Shown piece after piece: positions 8,999-20,278 of a stretch of DNA of 64,000 nt. The notes under the pieces were generated by a model. That model was not told the DNA's origin, searched no databases, and saw nothing but the letters and a program-made list of their open reading frames with translations. Numbering within the stretch: position 1 is the first letter of the stretch; each line of letters starts with the position of its first letter. Origin of the DNA: Prasinococcaceae sp. CCMP 1430 (lineage: Eukaryota > Plantae > Prasinodermophyta); contig RQSC01000026.1 in the NCBI GenBank assembly GCA_013416795.1, positions 81,299 to 145,298 on the forward strand. The letters run 5' to 3'. The position numbers and the translations under genes are program-made.

Positions 8999-11935
8999 AT
9001 GGCGCCCTTGGGAGAGGACGACCAGGTGGTCACGCCGCGCGACCAGCCAGCGGTGGACAATCCGATCGTCGGCCTGAGCGGTGGCGTGGCACAGTTCGGC
9101 TCCACCCCGGTGCAGACGATGCTGCCAACCGCCTCACAAGGTCCGTCGCCCATGAAGGCTGACGGCACGGCGGCCAAGCGTGGCTCTTTCCTGGCGCCCA
9201 TTCCACCAGCCGTGCCTGAAGATGGGGGCGAGAAAGGCGAGGGCGCCGGAACTGACGAGGTCGACGCGATCGGCCCCATCGACGAGTCGAAGCTGCGCCT
9301 CCTCTACCTGCTGCACCTGTACACCAACAGACAGACGTGTGAGGAGCGGGGTCTCGGCGGCGATTATCAGCGCTGGCTACGGCTGCTCCCACTCTTTGTG
9401 CTCATGTACGAGGGCGTCGTGAGAGGTTGCTTCGAGTACGACTACGCCCCTCAGAGTATGTATGTGAGGGGCAAGCGCATGTACATCAACACGTCCCAGG
9501 AGGGGCGCGACGATGTCGACGATTTGAGGGAGCTTAAGCTTGTTTACGGTCTCAAAGTGACCTCGAAGAAGTACGTCACTTCGGTCGTTCTGCGCATCTC
9601 GAACCTGGGGTCGCGGTACTTGGATCGATTCCTCGACCGCAACTCCAAGCAAGCCGTGGAAGACCTAGTGTACGCCCCGGGTACTCGCCTTCGTCGTTAC
9701 GTCAAGTACAAGGGGCCGGAAGTTGGTGCGCCTGATCGCGCCTCTGGCAGCAACGGTGGGAGCGAGGACGGGAGCGACGAGGGGGCAGGCGGGGAGACAT
9801 CGGATGGCGCCGACGGCTCTTTGGAGGCTGAGGTCAATCTCGATGCCAGCTTCGCGCGCAAAGGCAGCAAGAACAGCTTCGGTAGCGACATCGGGGGCAG
9901 CGACGACGTCGACAGCGGCGGTGAGGACGACGAGGACGACGGGGAAGGCACATTTTGGATGTACACTGAAGACGGCTCGTACGAGGAGAAGTCAGGCGTG
10001 ACCGAGATCGAGCAGGTGTCGTACGTGTCATCGCCGTACCTCCCCCAGCCGCTGCGCAGGTGGGGGAGGGAGACGCTCTCAAACACAGACAGATTGAACG
10101 ACCTCGCGCAGGCGGCGAGCTCAATCAAAGATGCCGAGCTCGACGAGGCCATCACTCTCGACGAGGTGCATATGCTCGTGACTGAGTGGGTGCCGATGGG
10201 AGGCAACCAGATCGTGGCGCTGAACGACAAGCTCGGGTCCTCGGAGAGGGTTCAGGGCGGTTTCTTCACCGCCAAGTTGGACACCGCACCTGAGCTCACA
10301 GATTTTACTGGGGGGTCGGAGGGCCTGACGGCGGTGAACATTCTTGACTTCGACGAGGCGGGCTACGTGAATTTCGAGGCAGAGGTCTATTTCCCGTCCG
10401 ACGAGGGCGTTGTGCAGATTGAAAACTTCGGCGTACACTTCGGCGAGGATGGCCTGGTTGCGTACGGCCTGCGTGTGGATGGCGTGATGGATCGCGTCCG
10501 CATAAACCTCAGCCTTGATCTGCTGTCGCGTCTAATGGTGGACGTCAATCAGGACACTTCGGCAGTGGTCGCCAACCTCTTCTCGTCGCACCAGCGTGCG
10601 CTGCTCGATCTCACCTTCATGGGTGACGTCGAGAACCGCGACAAGTTTTACGTGCTGCTCACCAACGGTATCACGCCAAAGATGGTCGCCGACAAGTACA
10701 TGGACAAGGAGACGTACGAGAATGAGCTCAAGCAAGTGCTCGGTGACACGTACAGCGCGCACGACCTTGATGACAATGAGGTCCTGGTCATCGGCAAGAC
10801 AGGCATACTGGTATCGTGCTCTGCCGGCCACTCACTGAGGCACGAGCCCATGGTCGTCGCCTACGCCTCGCTGCAGTCGCGGAATGTCTTCACGCGTTCT
10901 GTCTTCAACCGGTGTTTCGTGCTCACAGATACGCTCAAGGTGGTCCACGACCTGATCGAGAAGCACGACCATGACCCTGCCAACATCGACCGCGTGCGCT
11001 CGCTGCTATCCACGTGCACGGAGGAGTGCATCATGCTCGGCGAGATTCAGACGTTCCTGCTCGAGTCAATGTCGGACTTCGAAGTCCCCAAGGCCCTTGA
11101 GGACGACGCGGCCTCGCTGAAGCTCCTCGAGTGCTTGCGCATCGAAAAACTGCTCAACCGCATGAGGGCGCGCGCCATTGATATCGAGAAGACGATTACT
11201 GGTGCGAGCAATGACCTCACCGCGCTTCGCGAGCAGGCAGATGTCATCAACCGCCAAAAGAAGCTCTCCACGTCGCGGGGACTCGATGAATCCACCAAGA
11301 ACCTCGAGGACCTCTTCCGAGCAGGCATGCGCCAGGGAGCAGTGCTTGAGATTATGCAAGTCGTGCTTGCGGGATCGCTCGCCTTCGATGTGGTTGACAG
11401 GACCACTGGGTTCTACCTGGGCATCTCGCAGAGCATCACTTGGGCCAACGATTGGCTCACGCCATACATCGTCGACACGCCTTTCATCTGGCTGGCCATC
11501 AACCTCTTTACTTGGGTGCTTTTCGGTGGCTTCCTGATCTGGTTCATGCGCTACCTAGCGTACATGGGCACCAGCGTCATGTCGCTCCGCGCCGTTCACA
11601 ACAAGAAGATCGTTATGGCGAACATGCGCAGGTATCTTGGCGACCGCTCAATCGAGGTGCAGGACACCGACAACGACCCAAACGTCTTCATCAAGAAGTA
11701 CAGCTGGGACGAGGCACCACATGCCAAGTGGGAGGGCCTACCTCCTACCATCGAGATGACCTTCGATGAACGCTACTCCTTCCTGCTGCATGTGTACATT
11801 CAGGTCAACAAGCGCAAGAGCAAGCTCAGCGTGGAGGCGGCACACGAGCTCATCTTCGAGGACCTGAAAACTTACGACTGTTTCAAAGACAAGGTGACAA
11901 CGGCGGAGATAACTGCACCGAGCGTCACGGCGTGA
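8999..11935 (+). CDS. Intronless 978-aa hypothetical membrane protein with two C-terminal hydrophobic helices
   Basis: Long globular-looking ORF with gene-like codon use; acidic insert; long helical region; TM segments IMQVVLAGSLAFDVV and FIWLAINLFTWVLFGGFLIWFM. Confidence 0.9.
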   Translation: MAPLGEDDQVVTPRDQPAVDNPIVGLSGGVAQFGSTPVQTMLPTASQGPSPMKADGTAAKRGSFLAPIPPAVPEDGGEKGEGAGTDEVDAIGPIDESKLRLLYLLHLYTNRQTCEERGLGGDYQRWLRLLPLFVLMYEGVVRGCFEYDYAPQSMYVRGKRMYINTSQEGRDDVDDLRELKLVYGLKVTSKKYVTSVVLRISNLGSRYLDRFLDRNSKQAVEDLVYAPGTRLRRYVKYKGPEVGAPDRASGSNGGSEDGSDEGAGGETSDGADGSLEAEVNLDASFARKGSKNSFGSDIGGSDDVDSGGEDDEDDGEGTFWMYTEDGSYEEKSGVTEIEQVSYVSSPYLPQPLRRWGRETLSNTDRLNDLAQAASSIKDAELDEAITLDEVHMLVTEWVPMGGNQIVALNDKLGSSERVQGGFFTAKLDTAPELTDFTGGSEGLTAVNILDFDEAGYVNFEAEVYFPSDEGVVQIENFGVHFGEDGLVAYGLRVDGVMDRVRINLSLDLLSRLMVDVNQDTSAVVANLFSSHQRALLDLTFMGDVENRDKFYVLLTNGITPKMVADKYMDKETYENELKQVLGDTYSAHDLDDNEVLVIGKTGILVSCSAGHSLRHEPMVVAYASLQSRNVFTRSVFNRCFVLTDTLKVVHDLIEKHDHDPANIDRVRSLLSTCTEECIMLGEIQTFLLESMSDFEVPKALEDDAASLKLLECLRIEKLLNRMRARAIDIEKTITGASNDLTALREQADVINRQKKLSTSRGLDESTKNLEDLFRAGMRQGAVLEIMQVVLAGSLAFDVVDRTTGFYLGISQSITWANDWLTPYIVDTPFIWLAINLFTWVLFGGFLIWFMRYLAYMGTSVMSLRAVHNKKIVMANMRRYLGDRSIEVQDTDNDPNVFIKKYSWDEAPHAKWEGLPPTIEMTFDERYSFLLHVYIQVNKRKSKLSVEAAHELIFEDLKTYDCFKDKVTTAEITAPSVTA

Positions 11936-12206
11936 GCAAAACGCGCCCCCCCCCACCCCCCCCACCCCCCCCATGCCCTGCGCGCCACCTCCCTGGGCAC
12001 TTGTGGCGCCAACTTGTACGCAATCCGACAATTCACCCGCCCATGTGAACGCTATCCGGCGCGTCCTTGTAAATTGTGCAATCACACCCCGACGGCGCGC
12101 CAGCAGCACGACGACGCTCAAAGCCCCAGTATGCGAGGGAGATAGATAATTTTACCGCCGTCCTCACACGAAGCACATGCTACCAGCAGGGAATCTCTCG
12201 CGACCT

Positions 12207-15200
12207 TCACAGTGCACTCATCTCTACTCTGCCGGCATCGTCGCCGCCAAATACGGCGACGTCATTCTCGAAGGTAGTAAAGGCGCCCGTAAAAGAGCCC
12301 CACTTGTTGGGCCGTGCGAAGCGAACAATCGCGAAGGCAATTCCCGCCACCACGACCAAACCGCCTACAATCCCGCCGACCAGGCCAGCTATGGGCAACC
12401 CAGACGAGTCATCGGGCACAAACCCGACGCCGTCCTCATCCGCCCAAGCGAGTGGAAGCTTTGCTCCATTGGCGTCCCCACTCACCTGCGGCAATGATGG
12501 GTGGTGAGGGGCGCCCGCTGTTAGTTGGCGCGCTCGCCTGCGCGCTACCCTCTCCAACGCGAGAGCCGGTCTTGAGCATGCCGCGCGCGCACCTCATATC
12601 CACCGACGCTATCGCCCACGCCGACAGCCGCCGAGAATGTCTCCTTCTCGGCGAGCGACACGACTTGGATCAGCAGCTCCTCACGCACGGCCACGTCCTT
12701 GACCACCAGCGCCTCCGCGAAGGCCGCCAAGCCGCTCGCATCTGAAACAGCCCTTCCAAGCTCTTTGGCGCTCTCTGAATACGCGAGCGACTCGAGCTCC
12801 GCGCGGATCTTGTCACATCCAGTCTCGCTTGCACACACGACTGATGCATCTGCGCGCAGCAATACCACCGCGTCCTCGGCGAGCGCGCGCGCCTCGCCCG
12901 CGCGCGCATTCTTCGCCGTAATGCCCCGTGCACCACGAGTCGCCTCGCTCTGCTGGAGGGCACGCGCATGCATGCGTCTGCGGCCGCTACCGTCTCTGCC
13001 GAGCGTCACCAACACATCGCCGACACGCGACCCGGTGAGTGCAGCCAGCGCGCTCGATAAGGCGGACGAGCTCAGCTTGTCTGCCTTGTCGCTGCCTGTC
13101 ACCGAGAGCGACAGCGTCGCCGCGATCGCTGCAGATGCACGCGTGATCTGCACGCCATCCTGTCCGATCCCAGCGCCACCGTTGCCCACGGCGCCACTCT
13201 CAGCGAGCATTGATGCAAGTGACCCCTCCAGCTCGGTCAATGCCTCATTCCTGTCCGACAGAAAGCCCTTGAGCAGGCCCTCCCCGGAGAGCACCAGCAC
13301 GGTGGTGTGCGGCTCCACGTACTTGGGCGGTGGCGAGGCGGTGGCGGTGGCAGGCGGGGGGCTCTCAGTCACGGCGGGCGCGGGTCGTGGTGGGGGAGAG
13401 GAGCTCATGCGTGGTGGCGAGCTAGACGCCTGCGCAGGCGGCGGTCGCACGTCTACCTGAGTGGGCGGCGGCGGCGCGACCTCGGGCGGGGGCGCAGACG
13501 TGTACCGTTCTGCCAGCGGCAGCTCCTGCATGGGCTTTGTGCACATCCACTCTGCGGCATTCGCGCCATCGCTCTCGAGCTCCATCGTCACAACAGCCAC
13601 GTCGAGCCCCACCTCAATCGTGTCGGGGCAAATGTGATGCTTGCGATTGGTGAATGTGGTGGTGTGGTATGCCATGCGCATCGTGCCTCCGACGCGCTCG
13701 AAGAGGTAACAGAACTCGCGGTTCGAATACGCCTTGAGCACGCCCTCGGAGGTAGGCGAGCCGTTGTCTGATACGCCACACTCGCGTACATTCGCCTCAA
13801 ATGCCACCTCGCGTACAGTACTTTCGTCCGCGCCCTCGCAAGCGTATTCCGAGACGAGCGTGCCCGCCGCTCCTCCTGCCGCCACGGTCATGCTAGTACT
13901 GCATGTGACCTTCTGCACGTTTTCCACGCACTGGTCTGCCTTCTCGGCAGGCAGCACGTCCGCGCAGTAAGCCCACGCGCCTGCAAAGGTGGGCGTGAGC
14001 GAACACCATGGGCGCACGTCCTCCGTGGTAGTGCACGTATCGTACTGCACACCACGGTATGTGAAAGGCAGCGCACATGGCGCTCCGTAGACAGTGACGC
14101 GCCCTTCGTCATTCTCAGCTGAGCACGCGCGGGCGAACGTCTCGCTGCCGGTCCACTCGCCCGCGAACTCGGCAGGCACCGCATGCGGCTGGCACAGCCA
14201 CGCCTCGGCGCCAAGCTGGCCGCTCACTGGTGCCAGCGTGTTGATGACCAGTTCGGCATCCACGGCTCCGGTGTCGATGTGATCGCACTCGTCGGCGCGC
14301 GCTAGTATGCCTTGGTGCCATTTCGTGGTGAGTAGACCTGTGTCCGGGTCGATCTCAAACGAGTGGCAATAGCTGCGCCCAGCGATGATCGCATGGTAAT
14401 AGCCACGGTGATCCCCCGTACATGCGACCTCCGTTAGGATGTCGTTTGAGTACGGCACGAACTCGTCCGAGCCCTCACAGCGGATACTGCGCTCCGAGCC
14501 ACGCAATACATGCAAATGCGGGTCTCAACGAGTCAGCGCTGCGTGTGCAGGCTCATCTGCACGCCAGACAGGCGGGGCACCGTGGGCCTCGAGCTCCTGC
14601 CACGGGGAATGCGCGTCTTTGAAACATCAAGCGAACAAAGGCGCCGGCCTGCAGCAATGCGCGCGCCCGACCCTACGCATACACGCGCGCATTTGCGCGC
14701 GTGCTACCCGCCCTGTCGAGGTCCGCGCGAGGCGAGGCTAACCGATGTCTATCTCTCGACGCACCTCATCGAGAGCATAGTCGAACCTGCGACCGTCGAC
14801 ATTCGCAGCTCACACGTGCCACCCACGTGCGTCTCGGTGCCCTCCCAGTCGCCCACGAGCTCGGTGGGTACTTCCACAGCGACGCCAGTGCCCGCCTCGG
14901 GAGCCGCACAGTAGTCGAAGTTGTTCCCAACGGGGGCGCCAAGCGTGCATGTGGATGCGTCCGCGACGACGCACCACTCACCCAGCGGGTCGTCGTCGGG
15001 ATTCTCACACGTGCCGCGGAACAAAGAGCCTTCGTACTCCCATGGGTTGGCGCATGTGCAGCCTGCCATGGTGGTTGCGGCCTGAGCGCGGGTTTGCATG
15101 CACCGGCATACGCGCGCGCCGCGCGCGAGATCGCACCCAAATATGCAGGTGTCAGCGAAGCACCCCCCCCGCAGGCCGAACACGCCGCTGCCGCCCCCGT

Positions 15201-15370
15201 CTGCGCGCGCTGCGCACCTGTGGGGCGTCGCCAGGCTCTCCATATGCGCCACTTGTCCCGTCGAAAGGCTCTCCGTATGCGCCACTGTCGCCGTAGAAAG
15301 CGGCATTGGCGGCGGTGGCCGCACCGAGCGCCAGCGCGAGCGCCGGCGCCGCGGCGCCGCGCACCATCAT
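12207..15370 (-). CDS. Type I membrane surface protein with fibronectin type II-like domains, 4 exons (15370-15218, 15081-14765, 14486-12593, 12485-12207)
   Basis: Signal peptide; FN2 CALPFTYRGVQYDTCTT..RPWCSLT..WAYC; Pro-rich stalk; TM IAGLVGGIVGGLVVVAGIAFAIV; all three introns GT-AG and in phase. Confidence 0.85.
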
Positions 15371-16090
15371 CGACGCGACGCGCGCGAGCGGCGCGAGCGC
15401 GCCGTGTGGCCCGCGCCCGCGCCACGCGTTGTGGCTCCGCCCGCGTCAGCCAGTGTCGTGGCCTTGCGCGCCGGCGGTCAGCACACCCACCGCACCCCCC
15501 GTCCCTTCCCACCGCTGGCGCTCGCCCCGCCGCGTGCATTGACCTGACGTCGGTCGGCCGGGTCGGGGGGAGGAGGTGACGTGGGCGCTCGTTTCCAACC
15601 CCCTTGTGCATACAGTAGGTTGGCGCTCGAGCGAGGGCCGCGCCGGGAGGAACTCGCGAGGAACGCGCGCGGGGGAACCCTGCGCGCCCGCGCTGCCGCT
15701 GGCGCCTCCCTCGTGCCTGCCGAGAGTCAATAAACCCTATCTCTCAACCTCAAACACCAAATCCCGCAGAATCGAAACGCGCGCGCGCGCGCGCGCGCGC
15801 TGCTCCTGCGCGCGCGCTCCTGCCGGGTTCCCCGAGCCAGGTGCGTGAGGGAGCGAGCGGGCGAGTGCGCGCGTGCGCGGGGCAGAAGAAGAGAGAGAGA
15901 AAGAGAGAGAGAGGGGGGAGGGGGGGCGGCGGGGCGTGGCAGACGCTGGTCTCAGCGCGCGGCGCGCTCGCGCGCGCGAGGCAGAGAGGAAGCGCGGGCC
16001 CTGTCACGAGACGGAGGCGAGTGCAGGGACCGCGTGGCGCCGGCGGCGCGGGGTGGGCTGTGGTGGGGTGAAGGACACGCACCCCGGGCG

Positions 16091-19000
16091 ATGGGCGCGG
16101 GGGGTGCCGCGGCAGCGGCGCACGCGTTAGGCGAGGGCGGCGGCAGCGGCGCCCTCGCAGTGCCCGTTGGCGACGTGGGAGCGCATCCGCTGACCGACGC
16201 CACCGAGCTTCGGCCCACTGTCGCTGCCGCAGAGATTGCAGCATGGGGAGGGCGCGCTGTGCGCGGTACTGGTGCCTCGCCGGGTACGCCACGCTATCGC
16301 CGCGAGCTCGCCAGGCTACGCGCACGTGTGAGCGGTGCCGACTCGAGCGGCGCGCCCGTTGAGGATGCCAGGCATGAGCACGGGCAGGTGAGCGCGCCTC
16401 CGCACGCGAGGGCGCATGACCCGGCCCACTGGCGCGCGGAGGTCGTCGGCGGCGACGCAGCAGGCGGCGGCGCTGCCGCCACCGGCGGCCAGGAGCTAAA
16501 GCGTTTGCAATGTGCGGTGGCAGAGCTGTCGGCACAGCTCGAGGAGACGGCGGCCGCTCGGGACGAGGCTCTTGCGCGCCTGGGCGAGCTTGGTGCCGCA
16601 GCCGAGGCGCACGCGGCAGACGCGGCACGGCTAGCGGTGGAGCGCGACGCCGCGACCGCACAGGTGAACGCCGCCTTAGTGGCGGCGGAGGATCGCGTAC
16701 TGATGGCGGAGACCGCTACTGCAGCCGCACAAACCACGCAGCAACGCGAGCGCGCGCTCTTCACCTCGTCAGTTAGCGAGCTGGAGGCCCGATTGACGGA
16801 GAGCGAGGCTCGGCTGAAGGCTGCGGAAACCCGCAGTACGCAGTTCCAGGAGGCAGCAGAGACCGGCGAGCGTGAGCGCGCAGGGTCGAAGGCGCGCGTG
16901 GTCGAGCTTGAAGAGACGCTCAGGGAGGCAGAAGCCCGCCTCACGCGCTTCCAGGAGGCTGCAGAGACCAGTGGCCGCGAGCGCGCAGAGTCGCTCACGC
17001 GCGTGGCCGAGCTCGAGGAGACGCTCGCGAAGGTGAGGCAGGCATCGACTGCCGGTATCAACGAAGTCATGGCGAGTCTGGCATACGCCGAGGTGCGGGT
17101 GACGGAGCTCTCAGAGGCAGACGCCGAAAGAAACGAACTGAAGGGCAAGGTGTCAGAGCTCACGAGCGAGGTCTCTGTACTGAGGACGAAAGTCTCAGAC
17201 CTTTCAGTCCAGCTTCAGACTGTCAAGGGTGAGCGCGACCTTGCAGTCGCGGACGCGCGCAGGATCGCGGAGGACGCGCGCGAGTCCGTCGCAGGTGCCA
17301 CTGAGGCCGCCGAACGCGCGAAAGTCGAAGCCGCAGCTGCGCAGGACAGTGCTGAAGCCGCCCGCGAAGAGGCGCTCGTGATGATTGAGGAGGCCGACGG
17401 CGCATTGTCAGGCGAATTGCGAGTGCAGCTAGCCGAGCTCGAGAAACGCGCGGGCGCGGAGCGTGCGGCAGCTAGCGAGCTGGGGGCGCGCCACGCAGCG
17501 GCCAAGGAGGCAGCGCTCGCTGAGGCTGCGACGCTGGCCGAGCGCGCAGAGAAGGCTGAGGCTGCGCTCGCCGCGGCTATTGTTGCTGCGGACAGGCGCA
17601 CTGAAGAAGTCGCCGAAAGTCTGGGCGCGGCGCTGGGTGAGAAGGACGCCACCATCGGCGCGCTCCGCGATCGCCTGGCCACGTTTGAATCGGCCATCGC
17701 CGAGCGTGACGCCTTGCTGCTATCGTTTGGCACACGCGCGGATGCAAATGCACATACGCCTGCAGCTCGCTCGTCTGCAGGAAAGCACCTGCCAGGCATT
17801 GCGAGCGCACATGCACGCGCTGGTGCGCGCGCTGCCACTTTGCTCCCTGGCGCGAGCACAAGCTCCGCGCAGTTCGCAGGACTCGATGCCGCCAGGAGCG
17901 AATCGCGCGTCCGAGCGTTGCGCGCACGTGTACGAGCGGCGGACGAAACCAAAGAAGCCGCAGTTTCCGAAATCACCGAGCTCGTGTTGGCGATGTGCGA
18001 GGCCTTCCAGGCTGCGCCCTCACGCGAGGGCGCCGCGATAATTGAGAGCATGCTGCCAACAGTGCCAGAGGCAGTGCTGCGAGCGGTGAGCTCGCAGCTG
18101 CGCGGGGATAGCGCGGCGGCAGCGGCTGGCGGCGCACCGCCCACGCCGGCACCGGCGCCTGCGCGCATTCATTCGGACTCTGGCGCGCAGAAAGCTCCGG
18201 CCGACGCCCTGGCGGCTTTGCTGGCACATGTGACCAACGCAGCCGCGGAGACTATGCGGCGCAACGCGGGTCCAGGCGCGGAGGCAGGAGCGGACTCCGA
18301 GGTTCGTCGCACTCCTGCGGCAATGGGTCAATCGCCGCAGGCGATGGCCGCGGCTGCGCACGCGGCTGGCGTCAACTTAGCGGCTGCTACCGCCGTCGCC
18401 TCGGCGCCGGAGATCGCTACGCTGCTGGCGGACACACGCGCTCGCCTCGCGCGCGCCGACGCAGACAAAAAAGCAGCGCTCGCGGAGCTGGTTTCGATGG
18501 GTGCCGCCAATCCAGCGGCTGCCATGCCACCCATCAGCGCGACGAGCGGCACGCCGGGGTCAACGCAGCGCATGGCGAGTGCCGTCTTAGCGCAGGTCGC
18601 GCACGCCAATCACGAGCACGCCGCGGAGCTCGAAGCCGTGTGGGACGACATCGAGGGCGAGGCCACCGAGCGGCGAGCGCGGCGCCTCAGCGGCATTGAA
18701 GAAGGGCCCGACGAGGGCGCTGTGGCCATGCTGGCGAACACGAACACCCCCGCTGCCACATCGTCGATACCCAAGAAGATGCTAGTCGCGGCGATTCGGT
18801 CGTCGGGTCTAGCGGGGGCGCCCTCGTCGCCGTCGGCATCCTCCGAGGAGCGGCTGTTGGCCACCAAGATCGCAGTGCGGCGCGACGTCGACAGCCAGCT
18901 CGAGGCGCTCGCGAGCGCCGACGCCACGCTCGGCGAGATGGGGCGCGCGCTCGCCGCCGGTGGCGCCGGTGGCAGCGGCGGCGAGTTAGCGCTCGTGTAG
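16091..19000 (+). CDS. Long Ala/Glu-rich coiled-coil protein
   Basis: Open ~970 codons with heptad pattern and an internal duplication FQEAAET..RERA.S..RV.ELEETL. Confidence 0.75.
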   Translation: MGAGGAAAAAHALGEGGGSGALAVPVGDVGAHPLTDATELRPTVAAAEIAAWGGRAVRGTGASPGTPRYRRELARLRARVSGADSSGAPVEDARHEHGQVSAPPHARAHDPAHWRAEVVGGDAAGGGAAATGGQELKRLQCAVAELSAQLEETAAARDEALARLGELGAAAEAHAADAARLAVERDAATAQVNAALVAAEDRVLMAETATAAAQTTQQRERALFTSSVSELEARLTESEARLKAAETRSTQFQEAAETGERERAGSKARVVELEETLREAEARLTRFQEAAETSGRERAESLTRVAELEETLAKVRQASTAGINEVMASLAYAEVRVTELSEADAERNELKGKVSELTSEVSVLRTKVSDLSVQLQTVKGERDLAVADARRIAEDARESVAGATEAAERAKVEAAAAQDSAEAAREEALVMIEEADGALSGELRVQLAELEKRAGAERAAASELGARHAAAKEAALAEAATLAERAEKAEAALAAAIVAADRRTEEVAESLGAALGEKDATIGALRDRLATFESAIAERDALLLSFGTRADANAHTPAARSSAGKHLPGIASAHARAGARAATLLPGASTSSAQFAGLDAARSESRVRALRARVRAADETKEAAVSEITELVLAMCEAFQAAPSREGAAIIESMLPTVPEAVLRAVSSQLRGDSAAAAAGGAPPTPAPAPARIHSDSGAQKAPADALAALLAHVTNAAAETMRRNAGPGAEAGADSEVRRTPAAMGQSPQAMAAAAHAAGVNLAAATAVASAPEIATLLADTRARLARADADKKAALAELVSMGAANPAAAMPPISATSGTPGSTQRMASAVLAQVAHANHEHAAELEAVWDDIEGEATERRARRLSGIEEGPDEGAVAMLANTNTPAATSSIPKKMLVAAIRSSGLAGAPSSPSASSEERLLATKIAVRRDVDSQLEALASADATLGEMGRALAAGGAGGSGGELALV

Positions 19001-19549
19001 AGCAACTCGTCCGTGCGCACGTCAGTTCGCCCGCGCCCGCGCGCCCACGCTGCGGCGCTGAGGTGGCGCGCGCGGCGGTGGCGGCGGCGCTGCGGGGCGG
19101 ATCGAGACCCCAAAGGAGGGGGGAGGTAAGGGTTCGAGGGCGAGCGTGACGTGCGATCGCATGCGGTGCCGCCCGGCGCGCGCGGGAGGGAGAGGGAGGG
19201 CGCGGACCCTGAAGACGCGGCGCGAGCGCGCGGGCGCGGGGGCGGACGCAGCGCCACGCGGGCGCCACAGTGGCCACAGCGCGCGCGGGACGGGGGAGGG
19301 AGACCCAGCGCGAGGGCGGGCGTGACGGGTAGGCGCACCGCGGAAGGCCCACCGCGAGCGCGTGCGGGCTGCTCTCGGCCGGCGTCTGCGGGTCAAAAGC
19401 TCGGGTGCCCGCGGCGGTGCGGGCCGGGCGCTCAGCGCCTTTGCACCGCAGCGCGTCGGGGACGGGGCGGTGGGACAAAGCCAGGGGGGTGGAGGGCACG
19501 AGCGACGAGAATCGATTCTGCCGCCTCTGGAAGCCCCCGCCGCTGCGCC

Positions 19550-19942
19550 ATGGACGCTGCCGCTGCGGACGTGGCTGGGCCAGACATTGCCGCGAGCGTA
19601 GAGCCGTCTTCCACGGATGAGGGCATCCGCCAGTTGGACCTCGCCGCCTGGGAGCACGCCATCAAGGCAACGGCTGTCGCAGAGGCATTGAGCAGCTCTC
19701 CAGATACGCATGCCGACGTGCGCGAGCTCCTCTCGCAGCTAGGGGCCGCGGGCCATCGCGAGACCATCCACTCGGCGCCTACAGATTCGGCGCACGCCCA
19801 GCACGCCAAGGCCGCGGACGCAGCGGCCAGGCTCAGCGACGCACACGACGTTCGCCGCCTCCTGTCCAATTACAGGCGGAGGACTTTTGACATGACGGGT
19901 CTGACGGGTAGCGGCGCAGGCCGCGCAGGTGCAGCTGCGTGA
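19550..19942 (+). CDS. Small hypothetical helical protein (130 aa)
   Basis: GCCATGG start context and protein-like composition; no recognised family. Confidence 0.5.
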   Translation: MDAAAADVAGPDIAASVEPSSTDEGIRQLDLAAWEHAIKATAVAEALSSSPDTHADVRELLSQLGAAGHRETIHSAPTDSAHAQHAKAADAAARLSDAHDVRRLLSNYRRRTFDMTGLTGSGAGRAGAAA

Positions 19943-20278
19943 GGCCACAGGTTGGCGAGAGTAGACGCTCTTTTGGTAGTGAGAAGAGTAGCCGTAGAGT
20001 ACACGTAAGGAGGCACATGAAGCAGATACCAGCGTTTGTGCACCGCAACCTGGCGGGCACAGAGGGCACACCCTGGCACAATCCGGCGCTCGCAGCTTGA
20101 GCGACGGATGGGCGCGCTTCCACACCAGCACCGGCCGCCACCGCTAGCTAGAGAGGGTCGCTTCCGCGGTCCGCCAGCATAGTCAAAAGTTACGCAGGCG
20201 CGCGCGCGTTCGAGCGGAAAAGTGGCGGCGGCGGTGCGCAGCCGGCGTCGCAGGTTTGGTGAGCGTTGCGAGCCCTCC

